Of a DNA stretch of 64,000 nt, positions 38,999 to 49,582 are shown piece after piece. The notes beneath the pieces were generated by a model. It searched no databases and was not told where the DNA came from. It saw nothing but the letters and a program-made list of their open reading frames with translations. Position numbers and translations under genes: made by a program. Each line of letters begins with the position of its first letter. The stretch's first letter is position 1. Source of the DNA: an uncultured Methylomirabilota bacterium (lineage in GTDB: Bacteria; Methylomirabilota; Methylomirabilia; Methylomirabilales; 2-02-FULL-66-22); NCBI GenBank assembly GCA_963845565.1, contig CAWJSJ010000005.1:832001-896000 (forward strand), given 5' to 3'.

Positions 38999-40378
38999 GT
39001 GTTCAAGAAGATTCGCCAGATTCACTTCGTGGGCATCGGCGGCATCGGGATGAGCGGCATCGCCGAGGTCCTGCACAATCTCGGCTACGGAGTCTCCGGG
39101 TCGGACAGCAAGGCGTCGGAGACGACGCGGCGGCTGGGCGCGCTCGGACTCGCGGTCACCATCGGCCACCGCGCGGAAAACGTCGGGACGGCGGACGTGG
39201 TGGTGCGCTCCTCCGCCGTCACCGCCGACAACCCGGAGATCGTGGCCGCGCGCCAGCGGCTCGTCCCCGTCATCCAGCGCGCCGAGATGTTGGCCGAACT
39301 GATGCGCATGAAGTACGGGGTGGCCGTGGCCGGGACGCACGGCAAGACCACCACCACCTCGCTGATCGCCACGGTGCTGGCGCGTGGCGGACTGGATCCG
39401 ACCATGGTGATCGGGGGGCGACTGAACGCCCTGGGTTCCAACGCCAAATTGGGGCGCGGCGACTTTTTGGTGGCCGAGGCGGACGAGAGCGACGGCTCGT
39501 TTCTGAAGCTCAGCCCCACCATCGCCGTGGTCACCACCATCGACGCGGAGCACCTGGATTACTACCGGGACCTGGCCCATATCCAGGACGTCTTCGTGCA
39601 GTTCATCAACAAGGTCCCGTTCTACGGTCTGGCCGTCCTGTGTCTGGACCAGGAGAACATTCAGGCCATCCTGCCGCAGGTGGAGAAGCGGTACGTCACG
39701 TACGGCCTCAGGACGCAGGCGGACTTCCTGGCCCGGGAGATCACCTTCGCAGGGATGACGTCGGCGTGCCGGGTGTTGTGGAAGGGGAAACCGCTCGGGC
39801 GGCTTGCGCTCAAGGTTCCGGGTCTGCACAACGTCTACAACGCCTTGGCCGCCGTCGCCGTGGGCATGGACCTCGATCTCCCGTTCGAGGTGATCCGGGA
39901 CGCCCTGGGCGAGTTCTCCGGGGTGGATCGGCGCTTCCAAGTGCGGGGGGAGGCGCGCGGCGTCACGGTGGTGGACGATTACGCCCACCATCCCGCCGAG
40001 ATCCAGGCCACGCTCAACGCCGCCAAGGACGGTTTCGGCCGGCAGGTGGTGGCCGTGTTCCAGCCCCACCGCTACACCCGGACCCGGGCCCTGCTCTCCG
40101 ATTTTTCCACCGCGTTCTACCAGGCGGATCGGGTGTTCGTCACCGAGATCTACCCGGCCGGGGAGCTGCCGATTCCAGGGGTGAGCGGCCGGCAGATCGC
40201 CGAAGGGGTGGCCGGGCACGGGCACCGGGGCGTGACCTTCGTGGCGGACAAGGGCGCGTTGGCATCGGAGGTGCTGCGTGTCGTTCAGTCGGGCGACATG
40301 GTGCTGACCATGGGCGCGGGTGACGTGTGGCGGGTGGGCGAGGAAATCCTGGAGCGTCTGCGGGAGACCGACCGGTGA
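38999..40378 (+). CDS. murC: UDP-MurNAc:L-Ala ligase
   Basis: [40 protein letters not shown]. Confidence 0.97.
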   Translation: MFKKIRQIHFVGIGGIGMSGIAEVLHNLGYGVSGSDSKASETTRRLGALGLAVTIGHRAENVGTADVVVRSSAVTADNPEIVAARQRLVPVIQRAEMLAELMRMKYGVAVAGTHGKTTTTSLIATVLARGGLDPTMVIGGRLNALGSNAKLGRGDFLVAEADESDGSFLKLSPTIAVVTTIDAEHLDYYRDLAHIQDVFVQFINKVPFYGLAVLCLDQENIQAILPQVEKRYVTYGLRTQADFLAREITFAGMTSACRVLWKGKPLGRLALKVPGLHNVYNALAAVAVGMDLDLPFEVIRDALGEFSGVDRRFQVRGEARGVTVVDDYAHHPAEIQATLNAAKDGFGRQVVAVFQPHRYTRTRALLSDFSTAFYQADRVFVTEIYPAGELPIPGVSGRQIAEGVAGHGHRGVTFVADKGALASEVLRVVQSGDMVLTMGAGDVWRVGEEILERLRETDR

Positions 40379-40391
40379 GCGCGGGTTGGTC

Positions 40392-41294
40392 GTGATAGAC
40401 ACGCCGGCTGAGCGACTGCGAAGGGCGATGCGCGGACAGGTACTGGTTGGGGCGCCGCTTGCCGAGTACACCTCCTTCCGGATCGGGGGGCCTGCCATGT
40501 TCTTGGCGGTGCCGTCGGATCGGGAAGATCTGAAGGCCGCGCTGGCATTTGCGCGGTCCGAGGGATTGACGGTGCATCTGCTGGGCGGCGGGAGCAATAC
40601 CCTGGTGCGGGACGGCGGCCTGCGGGGCATCGCCATCCGTCTCGACGGCTTCCAGTCGCTGGAGCGGTGCGGCGACGCGGTGGTGGCGGGGGCCGGCGTC
40701 CGCATCAGCCGGCTCTTGGCGTTCTGCTGCCGGCAGGGCCTCTCCGGGCTCGAGATCCTGAGCGGTGTGCCCGGCACGGTCGGCGGGGCCGTCTGGGGGA
40801 ACGCCGGTGCCTGGGGCGGGCAAACGGCCGACCCGCTGTCGGAGGTGGAGATCGTCACGGCCGCCGGCGATACGCAGGTGTTGCCACGGGCGGCGATCCC
40901 GTTTCGCTACCGGGCGTCCGGGCTTCCGGTCGGGTCGGTGGTGGTGCAGGCAACCTTTGCGCTGGCGCCCGGCGACCCGACGACGATCCGGCGTCGCATC
41001 TCCGGGTACCTCGTGCGGCGAAACGCCAGCCAGCCGGTGGAGTTTCGGTCGGCGGGCTCCATCTTCAAAAATCCACCCGGCGATTACGCGGGGCGTCTGG
41101 TGGAGCTGGCCGGGCTGAAGGGCACACGGATCGGAAACGCCATGATCTCCGCCAAGCACGGCAACTATATCGTGAACCTCGGCGGCGCACGCGCGGCGGA
41201 CGTTCTGGCCCTGGTGCGTCTCGCGCAGGAACGGGTGCGGGCGACGGCGGGGATCGATCTGGATCTGGAGATCAAGGTGGTGGGGGATGATTGA
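40392..41294 (+). CDS. murB: UDP-N-acetylenolpyruvoylglucosamine reductase
   Basis: TSFRIGG, GGGSN, PGTVGGA..NAGA, FRYR, SAGSIFKNP, KHGNY. Confidence 0.95.
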   Translation: MIDTPAERLRRAMRGQVLVGAPLAEYTSFRIGGPAMFLAVPSDREDLKAALAFARSEGLTVHLLGGGSNTLVRDGGLRGIAIRLDGFQSLERCGDAVVAGAGVRISRLLAFCCRQGLSGLEILSGVPGTVGGAVWGNAGAWGGQTADPLSEVEIVTAAGDTQVLPRAAIPFRYRASGLPVGSVVVQATFALAPGDPTTIRRRISGYLVRRNASQPVEFRSAGSIFKNPPGDYAGRLVELAGLKGTRIGNAMISAKHGNYIVNLGGARAADVLALVRLAQERVRATAGIDLDLEIKVVGDD

Positions 41295-41295
41295 C

Positions 41296-41351
41296 ACGGC
41301 GAGCCACGCGCCACGCGCCGTGAACGCCGAACCCTGAACGCCGAACGCGGA
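41296..41351. repeat. degenerate 7-bp tandem repeat (8 units)
   Basis: ACGGCGA GCCACGC GCCACGC GCCGTGA ACGCCGA ACCCTGA ACGCCGA ACGCGGA. Confidence 0.65.
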
Positions 41352-41360
41352 ATCATACAC

Positions 41361-42185
41361 GTGATTCGAGACTATCACACCGATGAGCCGGGAAAGCCCC
41401 GGGCGCGAGTCGAGGAGCGGCGGCCGCGCGCCTCGACGGGGCGGCTGGTGCGTCTGACCAGAATCCTCGCCGCGGTGACGCTGCTCGCCGGTGTCGTCGC
41501 GGGGAGCTGGGAAGGGTATCGCCGGCTCGTCCGGATGCCGTACTTCCGGGTGGCCGAGGTGTACGTGGAGGGCAACCTGCAGGTGGCGACGGAGGAGGTC
41601 GTGGACAGCCTGGATCTCCCGCCGGACACCAGCCTGCTGGAGGTTGACCTGCCGAGCCTGAGCCGGCGCGTCCTCCAGAATCCGTGGATCAAGGAGGCCT
41701 CGGTGCGCCGCCGGCTCCCGTTGGCGCTGACCATCCACGTGGTGGAGCGGGTGCCCGAGGCGGTCTTCATCGCGGATCGTCGCTACCTGCTGAGTGCCGA
41801 CGGCGTGATCCTGACGGAGTTGGAGAGCGACGACCTGCCGACGTTGCCGACCTTGCGGGCGGCGACGCCGCGGCGCGTCCGGCCCGGCGACCGCGTCCTG
41901 AGCTCCGAGATGGCCCAGGGTCTGGCCGTCTGGCGCCAGTTCCAGCTGGCCAACGCCGTCCAGGGGGAGCGGGCCCACGAGATCGCCATGGGCGGCGACG
42001 GGAGCTACACCGTGAATCTGGGGCAGCAGATGCCGATCATTCGCCTGCACGCGCAGGACATGCAGGAACAGCTGCGGCGGTTGGGAGCGGCCCTGGTGGC
42101 CAGCGGGCGTACGCTGGGGACGTTCGCCGCCGTCGATCTCCGCTTTCGTGATCGGGTCGTCTTCCGGCCTGAAGGAGGGAGGTAG
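41361..42185 (+). CDS. ftsQ: cell division protein FtsQ
   Basis: TM plus POTRA (PWIKEASVRRRLP..L.I.V.ER), VDLRF. Confidence 0.9.
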   Translation: MIRDYHTDEPGKPRARVEERRPRASTGRLVRLTRILAAVTLLAGVVAGSWEGYRRLVRMPYFRVAEVYVEGNLQVATEEVVDSLDLPPDTSLLEVDLPSLSRRVLQNPWIKEASVRRRLPLALTIHVVERVPEAVFIADRRYLLSADGVILTELESDDLPTLPTLRAATPRRVRPGDRVLSSEMAQGLAVWRQFQLANAVQGERAHEIAMGGDGSYTVNLGQQMPIIRLHAQDMQEQLRRLGAALVASGRTLGTFAAVDLRFRDRVVFRPEGGR

Positions 42186-42190
42186 CGCCG

Positions 42191-43429
42191 GTGGCCAAGG
42201 ATCGCAGCCTGGTTGTCGGGTTGGACATCGGTACCACCAAGGTCTGCGCCATCGTGGTCGAGGTGGATCAGGACGGTGCGGTGGACATCGTGGGGATCGG
42301 TCACAGCCCATCGCGCGGTTTGCGCAAGGGGGTGGTGGTCAACATCGACGCCACGGTGGACTCGGTGCGGCGGGCCGTCGAGGACGCCGAGTTGATGGCC
42401 GGCGTGGAGATCCGGTCGGCCTTCGTGGGCATCGCCGGCGGCCACATCAAGGGACTCAACAGCCGCGGGGTGATCGCGATCTCCGGCAAGAATCGCGAGG
42501 TCACCGCACAGGACGTGGACCGGGTCATCGACGCCGCCAAGGCGGTGGCCCTGCCGGTGGATCGCGAGGTGATCCACATCCTGCCGCAGGAATTCATCAT
42601 CGATGACCAGACCGGCATCAAGGAGCCGGTGGGCATGACCGGGACGCGGCTGGAGGCTGAGGTCCACATCGTCACCGGGGCCGTGGCCTCGGCCCAGAAC
42701 ATCATCAAGTGCGCCAACAAGGCCGGCCTGGAAGTGCAGGACATCGTCCTCCAGCAGCTCGCCAGCTCCGAAGCGTGCCTGACCCCCGAGGAGAAGGAAC
42801 TCGGATGTGTCCTGGTGGACATCGGGGGCGGCACCACGGACATCGCCGTGTTTGTCGAGGGCAGCATCTACCACACCGCCGTCCTGGCGGTGGGCGGCGA
42901 CATGCTGACCAACGACATCGCCATCGGTCTCCGCACGCCCCGCCCGGAGGCGGAGTCCATCAAGCGGAAGTTCGGCTGCGCCCTGGCCTCGATGATAAAG
43001 CCGGACGAGAAGATCGAGGTGCCCAGCGTGGGCGGCCGCCGGCCGCGCGTCCTGGCGCGGCAAACGCTGTGCGAGATCATCCAGCCTCGCCTGGAGGAGC
43101 TCATCGCCATGGTGGATCGCGAGGTTCGCCGCGCGGGCTACGCGGGGCGGGTGAACGGCGGCGTGGTTGTGACGGGTGGGTCGTCCATCATGGACGGGGT
43201 GCCGGAGTTGGCGGAGCAGATCCTCGACATGCCGGTGCGGCGCGGCCTGCCGCGCGGGGTCGGAGGGCTGACCGACGTCATCAGCAATCCGATGTACGCC
43301 ACCGGCGTGGGTCTGGGAATCTACGGGGCGGCCCACCGCAGCCGGCGCAAATTCAGGAAGGTGACGGATCGAAACATCTTCGACAAGGTGGTTGCGCGAA
43401 TGAAGGAGTGGTTCGGGGAAATCTTCTAG
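42191..43429 (+). CDS. ftsA: cell division protein FtsA
   Basis: GLDIGTTK, VDIGGGTT, TGGSS, YATGVGL, amphipathic C-terminus WFGEIF. Confidence 0.97.
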   Translation: MAKDRSLVVGLDIGTTKVCAIVVEVDQDGAVDIVGIGHSPSRGLRKGVVVNIDATVDSVRRAVEDAELMAGVEIRSAFVGIAGGHIKGLNSRGVIAISGKNREVTAQDVDRVIDAAKAVALPVDREVIHILPQEFIIDDQTGIKEPVGMTGTRLEAEVHIVTGAVASAQNIIKCANKAGLEVQDIVLQQLASSEACLTPEEKELGCVLVDIGGGTTDIAVFVEGSIYHTAVLAVGGDMLTNDIAIGLRTPRPEAESIKRKFGCALASMIKPDEKIEVPSVGGRRPRVLARQTLCEIIQPRLEELIAMVDREVRRAGYAGRVNGGVVVTGGSSIMDGVPELAEQILDMPVRRGLPRGVGGLTDVISNPMYATGVGLGIYGAAHRSRRKFRKVTDRNIFDKVVARMKEWFGEIF

Positions 43430-43446
43430 GATAAGGGGGACGTGGA

Positions 43447-44613
43447 ATGGCGATCAGCATCGAGATGATGGAGGCGGAGAAGATGGCCAACATCAAGGTG
43501 ATCGGGGTCGGCGGCGGCGGTTCCAACGCGGTGAGCCGCATGATTGCCTCGAGCATGTCGGGAGTGGAATTCATCGTCGTGAACACCGACGCCCAGGCGC
43601 TGCGCCATTCCTCCGTGGAGAACAAGATCCAGATCGGCGAGAAGCTCACCAAGGGGCTGGGCGCCGGCGCCAACCCCGAGGTCGGCCGCAAAGCGGCCAT
43701 CGAGGACACCGACCGCCTGCTGCAGGCCATGCAGGGCGCGGACATGGTGTTCATCACCGCGGGTCTGGGGGGTGGGACCGGCGGCGGCGCGGCACCGATC
43801 ATCGCCAATCTGGCCAAGGAGATGGAGATCCTCACCGTGGGGGTCGTGACGAAGCCCTTTATCTTCGAGGGGAAGCGCCGCGGCGACCAGGCGGAGCGCT
43901 GTCTGGAGGAGCTGAAGGCCGGCGTGGACAGCCTGATCATCATTCCGAACCAGCGCCTCATCAACGCATCCTCCAAGAACACCGGCGTGAAGGATGCCTT
44001 CGCCATGGCCGACAACATCCTGCGCCAGGCGGTCCAGGGGATCGCCGACATCGTCGTGAAGCCGGGCTACATCAACGTGGACTTCGCCGACGTCCGCGCG
44101 GTCATGTCGGAGCGCGGCCTGGCGATGATGGGGATCGGCGAGGCGACGGAGGACAATGCCGCCGTGGACGCCGTGCAGAAGGCCATCAACAGTCCGCTGC
44201 TGGAGAACCAGTCGATCAAGGGAGCGCGCGGCGTCCTGCTCAACTTCACCCACTCCTCCACGCTGCCCATCTACCAGTTGAGCGAGGCCTCCAAGATCGT
44301 CCACGACATGGTGGACCGGGACGCCAATATCATCTTCGGCGACGTCATCGAGGACGAGATGGGTCAGAACGTGCGAGTGACGGTCATCGCCACGGGCTTC
44401 GACGAGGCGTCCGACGCGGAACAGGCCGAGGCGGCGCCCGTCCCCTCCCTGCGGCCGTACACGCCCAAACCCACGCCCCAGAAGGCGGCGCCGGAGGGCG
44501 CGTTTCTGCGCAAGGGCGCGGTCAAGAAGGTGGTCAACATGACGCTGCCGCTGGAGGATCTGACCGAGGAGGTGCTGGATATCCCGACCTTCTTGCGCCG
44601 GCAGGCGGATTAG
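43447..44613 (+). CDS. ftsZ: cell division protein FtsZ
   Basis: [47 protein letters not shown]. Confidence 0.98.
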   Translation: MAISIEMMEAEKMANIKVIGVGGGGSNAVSRMIASSMSGVEFIVVNTDAQALRHSSVENKIQIGEKLTKGLGAGANPEVGRKAAIEDTDRLLQAMQGADMVFITAGLGGGTGGGAAPIIANLAKEMEILTVGVVTKPFIFEGKRRGDQAERCLEELKAGVDSLIIIPNQRLINASSKNTGVKDAFAMADNILRQAVQGIADIVVKPGYINVDFADVRAVMSERGLAMMGIGEATEDNAAVDAVQKAINSPLLENQSIKGARGVLLNFTHSSTLPIYQLSEASKIVHDMVDRDANIIFGDVIEDEMGQNVRVTVIATGFDEASDAEQAEAAPVPSLRPYTPKPTPQKAAPEGAFLRKGAVKKVVNMTLPLEDLTEEVLDIPTFLRRQAD

Positions 44614-44617
44614 GCCG

Positions 44618-44742
44618 CAGACTGCTGAAAAGGGCCCATCTGCATCGTTGGTTCGCTCTGGTGCTCGTTGCGGCGTACGAGGAGTACGCCTCACTCGCCC
44701 CATCGCGTACCGCCTGGCATCTGGACCTTTTTGAGCGGCCTG
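44618..44742 (+). mobile_element. repeat family A (MITE-like), copy 3
   Basis: CAGACTGCTGAAAAGGG...CCTTTTTGAGCGGCCTG, 4 nt after the ftsZ stop. Confidence 0.85.
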
Positions 44743-44762
44743 GCCGAGACTGGGAGAGACCG

Positions 44763-45809
44763 GTGGACGTCAAGACACGGATTCTGACGGCGATGACCTG
44801 GGGTGAACCGGACCGGATCCCCCTCACGGTGTACGACTGGATGCTGCCCCGCGGCACGACCGAGCGGCGGCTCCGCGAGGCGGGCGTCGGGCTCATCGCG
44901 CGGTTGCCGGGCCACCGCGTGCAGCACCGCCAGGTCGAGATCGTCTCGCACGAGTACCAGGAGAACGGCCGCCGACTCATCCGGCGAACGCTCAAAACCC
45001 CGGTGGGCGACGCCTGGCAGGTCCTGGAGCCCGACCCGGCCTACGAGACCTCCAACTGGATCCACGAGCACTTCATCAAGGGTCCGGACGATTACCGGGT
45101 CCTGGAGTTCTATTACCGGGACATGGTCTTTCGGGACAACGTGGAGGCGTTTCGGGAGGCCCAGCGCCGGGTGGGGACCGACGGGCTGGTGATGCTCCGG
45201 ATCGCCAAGTCCCCAATCCAGGAGATGCTCTATCAGTTGATGGGGGTAGAGCGGTTCGCCGTGGATTACCAGGAGCGGCGCGACCTCTTCGATTCCCTGC
45301 ACGCCGCCATGGTGGCGCGGTACCAGGAACTGTACGAGCTGGCGGCGACCTCCCCGGCGGAGATCCTCCAACTCGGGGACAATATCTACAGCGATATGGT
45401 CGGCCGGGAGCGGTACCACGCCTATCTCATGCCCGAATACGCCAAGATCATGGCGCGGCTGCGCGGGACCGGGAAGCTCCTGGCGGTGCACATGGATGGG
45501 AATCTGAAATCGCTCCAAGCGGACATCGCCGAGGCCAGTTTCGACATCGTCGAGGCGATCACCCCACCCCCGATGGGGGACGTGTCGATCCGCGAGGCGC
45601 GCGCCTGCTGGCCCAACAAGGCCCTCTGGATCAACTTCACCAGTTCCATGCACATCGAGCCGCCCGAGGTCATCGAGGCGCACACCCGGGAGCTGATCGC
45701 CGAGGCCGGTACCAAGCGGGGCTTCGGGATCAGCATCACCGAGGACGCCCCGGTCGAGGCCCTGGAGAAGAGTCTGGGCGTCATCGCCCGCGTGCTAGCA
45801 GGCTGCTGA
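44763..45809 (+). CDS. uroporphyrinogen decarboxylase / methyltransferase-family protein
   Basis: EPDRIP, EHFIK..DDY, VHMDG, TPPPMGD, WPNKALWINF; start inferred. Confidence 0.7.
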   Translation: MDVKTRILTAMTWGEPDRIPLTVYDWMLPRGTTERRLREAGVGLIARLPGHRVQHRQVEIVSHEYQENGRRLIRRTLKTPVGDAWQVLEPDPAYETSNWIHEHFIKGPDDYRVLEFYYRDMVFRDNVEAFREAQRRVGTDGLVMLRIAKSPIQEMLYQLMGVERFAVDYQERRDLFDSLHAAMVARYQELYELAATSPAEILQLGDNIYSDMVGRERYHAYLMPEYAKIMARLRGTGKLLAVHMDGNLKSLQADIAEASFDIVEAITPPPMGDVSIREARACWPNKALWINFTSSMHIEPPEVIEAHTRELIAEAGTKRGFGISITEDAPVEALEKSLGVIARVLAGC

Positions 45810-45994
45810 AAAAGGCCCATCTGCGGGGACCCATCCTTCGGACGGGTACCCCGCGTGTTCGGGCGCTCGTTGCGACGTACCTGGAGTACGCCTCGCTCGG
45901 CCCCGGGTACCCATCCAGAGGATGGGTGACGCCGCCTTGCATCTGGACCTTTTTGAGCAGTCTGACCAAAAGCGGGTTTTTCAGCATCCCGCGA
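45795..45994 (+). mobile_element. repeat family A (MITE-like), copy 4 (longest)
   Basis: CTAG-CAGGCTGCTGAAAAAGG...CCTTTTTGAGCAGTCTG plus a second degenerate right end TTTTTCAGCATCCCGC. Confidence 0.85.
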
Positions 45995-46062
45995 GGCTTT
46001 CGACCGCCGAATCCTCAGGTTCTTCGCACATCCCCCCGAATTGGCCGGCCGAGGGCCGGGCC

Positions 46063-46363
46063 TCAGGACGCGAGGCGTGCCAGTCCGCTCAGGGCCAAAC
46101 CGATGGCCAAAGCGACCAGAAACACGCCGAGGCACGATCGCGAACCTGCGCCGGCACGCGCGGCCGCGATCGGTGAGCAGCGTCGGCCGGAAGACGATGT
46201 TCGGCGGGAAGAAACCCAGCGGCGCTGACCAGAGGCGAACACCGGGCTGCCGGTGGACCACCGTCGTGAGCAGATACCACACAGCCGCCGACCAGGCGAT
46301 GGCCGCCGTGCAATACGCGCCGGCGAACAGGAAGAAGATGACGGCGCCGAGCGCGTGACGCAT
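46063..46363 (-). CDS. small membrane protein; frameshift ~46135
   Basis: Hydrophobic N-terminus; removing one base gives ...CLGVFLVALAIGLALSGLARLAS*. Confidence 0.5.
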
Positions 46364-46364
46364 C

Positions 46365-47351
46365 TCAGGCCGGACCCGGGTGGATTCGCGTCAGGCGCTC
46401 GAGCGCCGCGGCGGGAAGCGGGCCGCGGTTGGCGGCGGCCACCGCCTGTTCGAATTGGTCCAGGCTGGCGGTGCCGATCATGGCCGTGGAGATCTCGGGC
46501 TTGCTGAGCGCGAAGCGGATGGCAGCCTCGACCAGGCTCCCCGCAATTCCCTCGGCCACTAGGAAGTCGAAGGCGTGGGCGCGGGCGGCGTCTTCGGCGT
46601 AGTCTTGGCCCGTTGCCAGCGGTGCCACGCCGGGCATGGCGATGGGGTGCCGATCGAGGGTGCCCGACAGGGCGCCTCCCGCCAAGACGCGGATGGCGAT
46701 GACCCCGATCCGGTTGGCGGCTGCCCGGTCGATGAGCTGGCGAAAGTCCTGGTACGGGAAATCCGCCCGCACGGGACGTCCGCCGCTGGGGTTGAGGAGG
46801 TTATACACCGTTTGCAGGGTGTGAAACCCCCCCGTGTCCACGACGCGATGAAGCGCCTCGGTGTTCCCGAGCGCGGTGATGCCCCAGAAGCGTATCTTGC
46901 CCTGGCGATGAAGCGTCTCGAACGCACGCAGCACCACCGGTAGGTCATCGGGAGTGAGGGACGCCTGGTCGGGCTGGCGCCGATCGGTGAACAGGTTGTG
47001 AAGCTGGTAGAGATCCACGGCGTCCCGGCCGAGCCGGCGCAGGCTGGCCTCGGCGGAGTCGATGATCGCCGCCTCGATCCGGTCCAGATCTGCCGCGGCC
47101 AGCCGGACCTTGGTTCCCACCACGATCCGGGCGCCTAACTCCCGCAGCACCGCGCCGAGGTTCACCTCCGACTGGCCGTCCCCATAGAGCGGCGCCGTGT
47201 CGAAGTAGGTGACGCCCGACTCGATGGCGCGCGCCACCGCGCGACGCATGGCGGGATACTCGCCGCGCACCAGGAGCCCCCCGACCATCCCGCAGCCATA
47301 GCCCAACTCGGAGACCGCGATGCCAGTGCTTCCCAACGGCTTGTATCGCAC
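46365..47351 (-). CDS. aldo/keto reductase
   Basis: VSELGYG, FDTAPLYG.G.SE, VGTK, SLRRLG...DLYQLH. Confidence 0.9.
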   Translation of the reverse strand: MRYKPLGSTGIAVSELGYGCGMVGGLLVRGEYPAMRRAVARAIESGVTYFDTAPLYGDGQSEVNLGAVLRELGARIVVGTKVRLAAADLDRIEAAIIDSAEASLRRLGRDAVDLYQLHNLFTDRRQPDQASLTPDDLPVVLRAFETLHRQGKIRFWGITALGNTEALHRVVDTGGFHTLQTVYNLLNPSGGRPVRADFPYQDFRQLIDRAAANRIGVIAIRVLAGGALSGTLDRHPIAMPGVAPLATGQDYAEDAARAHAFDFLVAEGIAGSLVEAAIRFALSKPEISTAMIGTASLDQFEQAVAAANRGPLPAAALERLTRIHPGPA

Positions 47352-47374
47352 GCTCCCCTCCCACGGGTAGAAGA

Positions 47375-47872
47375 TTACTTGCCCGCCCAGTAGTCTGCCA
47401 GCTTAGCGTTGTCGGCGACCGGAAAGTCGGCTGCGTCGGATCGGCTGCCGAGGAAGCCCTCGACCGTCCGCGCCTTGGCCCAGGCGTGGTACTCGTCGGC
47501 GGCGATGACCGCCTCGGCGTAGCAGGCGAACTCATGATACCCCTCGCCTCGGGCGCAATCCATGGGCCGCATCCCGTCGGTGTGAAACTCGCGGACGTCC
47601 AGGATCGTCTCGGCCCCCGGCGAGAACCGGAAGATCTTGGTGACATGGGGAAAGGCCAGGACGAAGCCGATCCCCTGGTGGCCGCCCGCCAGGAACGCCT
47701 TCTCGAACTCGGCCTGAGTTCGCGAAGAGCGGCTCCACTCAAAGGTCTCAGGTGTGTCCCGTCCGATGACCGAGATGTAGTAGACCTTGAAGCCTGATCG
47801 CCCGTCCGGCATCCGGAGCAGAGCGTGCCCGACGGTCCTGCCGTGATAGGTTCGACACGCCGCGATCTGCAT
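47375..47872 (-). CDS. hypothetical protein
   Basis: GGAGG RBS; ORF fits the minus-strand gene run; no motif recognised. Confidence 0.65.
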   Translation of the reverse strand: MQIAACRTYHGRTVGHALLRMPDGRSGFKVYYISVIGRDTPETFEWSRSSRTQAEFEKAFLAGGHQGIGFVLAFPHVTKIFRFSPGAETILDVREFHTDGMRPMDCARGEGYHEFACYAEAVIAADEYHAWAKARTVEGFLGSRSDAADFPVADNAKLADYWAGK

Positions 47873-48012
47873 GAGTGCACCTCCCGGGTGGTTGAGGTCG
47901 AGGACAACTCGCCTGCGCCGGAAATCCTAGGCCGAGGAGGGCGGTAAGGCAAGCGCATTCGCGGATCGTATGGGGTCCGGGCGCGCTTACGGTGGGGCCG
48001 CTGTGCGCGGAC

Positions 48013-48549
48013 TCAGGGGCATCGAAACAGCGCGCGGAGAGGTACCCGGCGCAGCGCCCGGCCATCGATACCGGCCTGAAGCGCCGCGAGGCGCGCCTCG
48101 ACGGGACCGATCTCCCAGCAGGCGTCGGGTGGCAGTGTCTCTACCGGCGGTCCCGCCTCGTTCAGCGGGCAGATGTCGCGGAGTTCCGCGGGCTCTCCGT
48201 CCGGCCCGGGACCGATCCAGCGGAGCGGGAGGCCCTGCGTGCGGCAGACGTAGGGCCGGTCCGCGTAGATCCGGCAGCTCCCGCTCTCGTCGAGAAAGGC
48301 GCAGCCGCCCGGGAGGTGGGGGGCTCCCTGGGAAAGCAGCTCGGCGTGGCACCGGCGAATGCGCTCGGCTTCGATCTCGAACACCGTCAGGCCGTCCACG
48401 CAGCAGTCGCAGCAGCCTCTTCGACAGTGAAGCCGGACGGCGTGGATCGTCCGCAGCCGGTCCGCCGCCCGATCGACCTCCGTGTGCAGGTGGATCACGG
48501 CGTCGAGCCCCGAATGCGGGAGGGAATGGTTTTCGGTTTCCGCCGCCAT
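48013..48549 (-). CDS. YkgJ/FliB-like cysteine-cluster (Zn/Fe-S) protein
   Basis: CRRGCCDCC, CAFL, CRIY..RP.VCR, CPLN. Confidence 0.85.
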   Translation of the reverse strand: MAAETENHSLPHSGLDAVIHLHTEVDRAADRLRTIHAVRLHCRRGCCDCCVDGLTVFEIEAERIRRCHAELLSQGAPHLPGGCAFLDESGSCRIYADRPYVCRTQGLPLRWIGPGPDGEPAELRDICPLNEAGPPVETLPPDACWEIGPVEARLAALQAGIDGRALRRVPLRALFRCP

Positions 48550-48686
48550 GGGACTACTCCAACCTGCGCGCCCAGACGTTCAGCCGGCGGAATTGCTCGA
48601 CGTGGACGCCATCGGGCCGGCGCGTGGCATGTTCGCGCCCGCACGACCGGGCCGCGCCGGACGCTCCCGGGGTGTCGCGGGCGCGC

Positions 48687-49472
48687 TCACATAGTCCAAT
48701 CGGCGAAGTCCCCACAGAACCGGTCCAGCGTGAGCGGCGTGATGCGCGGATCCGCCGCCGCCTCGTCCCGATCGGTGGGCATGAGATAGCCCCAGAGGGC
48801 AAGAAACAGGCCGACGTCTGCGAGGTCACGTTCGCGGGCGACCGCGTGCAGGGTCTTCAGGCGGTCCTCGACAAACCAGATGTCGCGATAGGCCACACGC
48901 TCGTCCTGCGCCAGGGTCCGCAGGAGCGCCGGCTTTGGCCGTGCCCGCTCCTTGCCCCACACCCGGTCCGCGGGGAGTCGGACGCCGTGGGTTTCGAGGA
49001 GCTTGTGGGCGAAGCGGCCCTCCTTGGTCGTGACGACGTACATCCGGAGGCCGCTCTGCTGGATGGCGCAGAGCCGCTCCGCCATGCCGGGGTACAATCC
49101 CTGGCCGGCCAGCCAGTCGTCGAGGCTTCGCGCGATCGTCCGATCCCGGGCCGCGTCGAACCGGGCGGCAAACTCTTTCGGCGTCACGCGATACTTATCG
49201 AGAATCCGCTGCCGACAGGTGGTCTGAAACGTGTCCCAGATGGTGGCTTCCGGGATGCCGTCCAGGATGGCGAGCACCAGGACGGGGAACTCCCACCCGT
49301 GCTCCAGGACGGGCCGGAGGCGCACGAAGACGGCGGCCAATTCCGGTGGGGGAACGTCGCCCTCAAGCGTCACGAGATCCCGGCAAACCTGCCAGGCGGA
49401 CCGGCAGCCTTCATGGACGGTATCACAGATGACGCCATCGAAATCCAGTGCCAACAGTCGCGGTCCAGTCAC
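48687..49472 (-). CDS. HAD-superfamily hydrolase
   Basis: LDFDGVICD motif I, VTTK, K, FVEDRLKTL, WGY. Confidence 0.85.
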   Translation of the reverse strand: MTGPRLLALDFDGVICDTVHEGCRSAWQVCRDLVTLEGDVPPPELAAVFVRLRPVLEHGWEFPVLVLAILDGIPEATIWDTFQTTCRQRILDKYRVTPKEFAARFDAARDRTIARSLDDWLAGQGLYPGMAERLCAIQQSGLRMYVVTTKEGRFAHKLLETHGVRLPADRVWGKERARPKPALLRTLAQDERVAYRDIWFVEDRLKTLHAVARERDLADVGLFLALWGYLMPTDRDEAAADPRITPLTLDRFCGDFADWTM

Positions 49473-49582
49473 GGTGTCCCTCTGTCCCCGAGGTATGGCA
49501 GCGAGCGACGAGCCGGACACGAACACCGTCCGCTGCGCCCCCTGGGGTGGTCTCGCCCGCCGGGGGCCGGGCATGACAGTAG

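Noticed and set aside
37820..40378. 852-aa MurC and other N-terminally extended ORFs (AnmK 706 aa, GNAT 398 aa, SIS 393 aa)
   Set aside because: The extensions are off-frame read-through of upstream genes; the real starts lie at the family N-terminal motifs.
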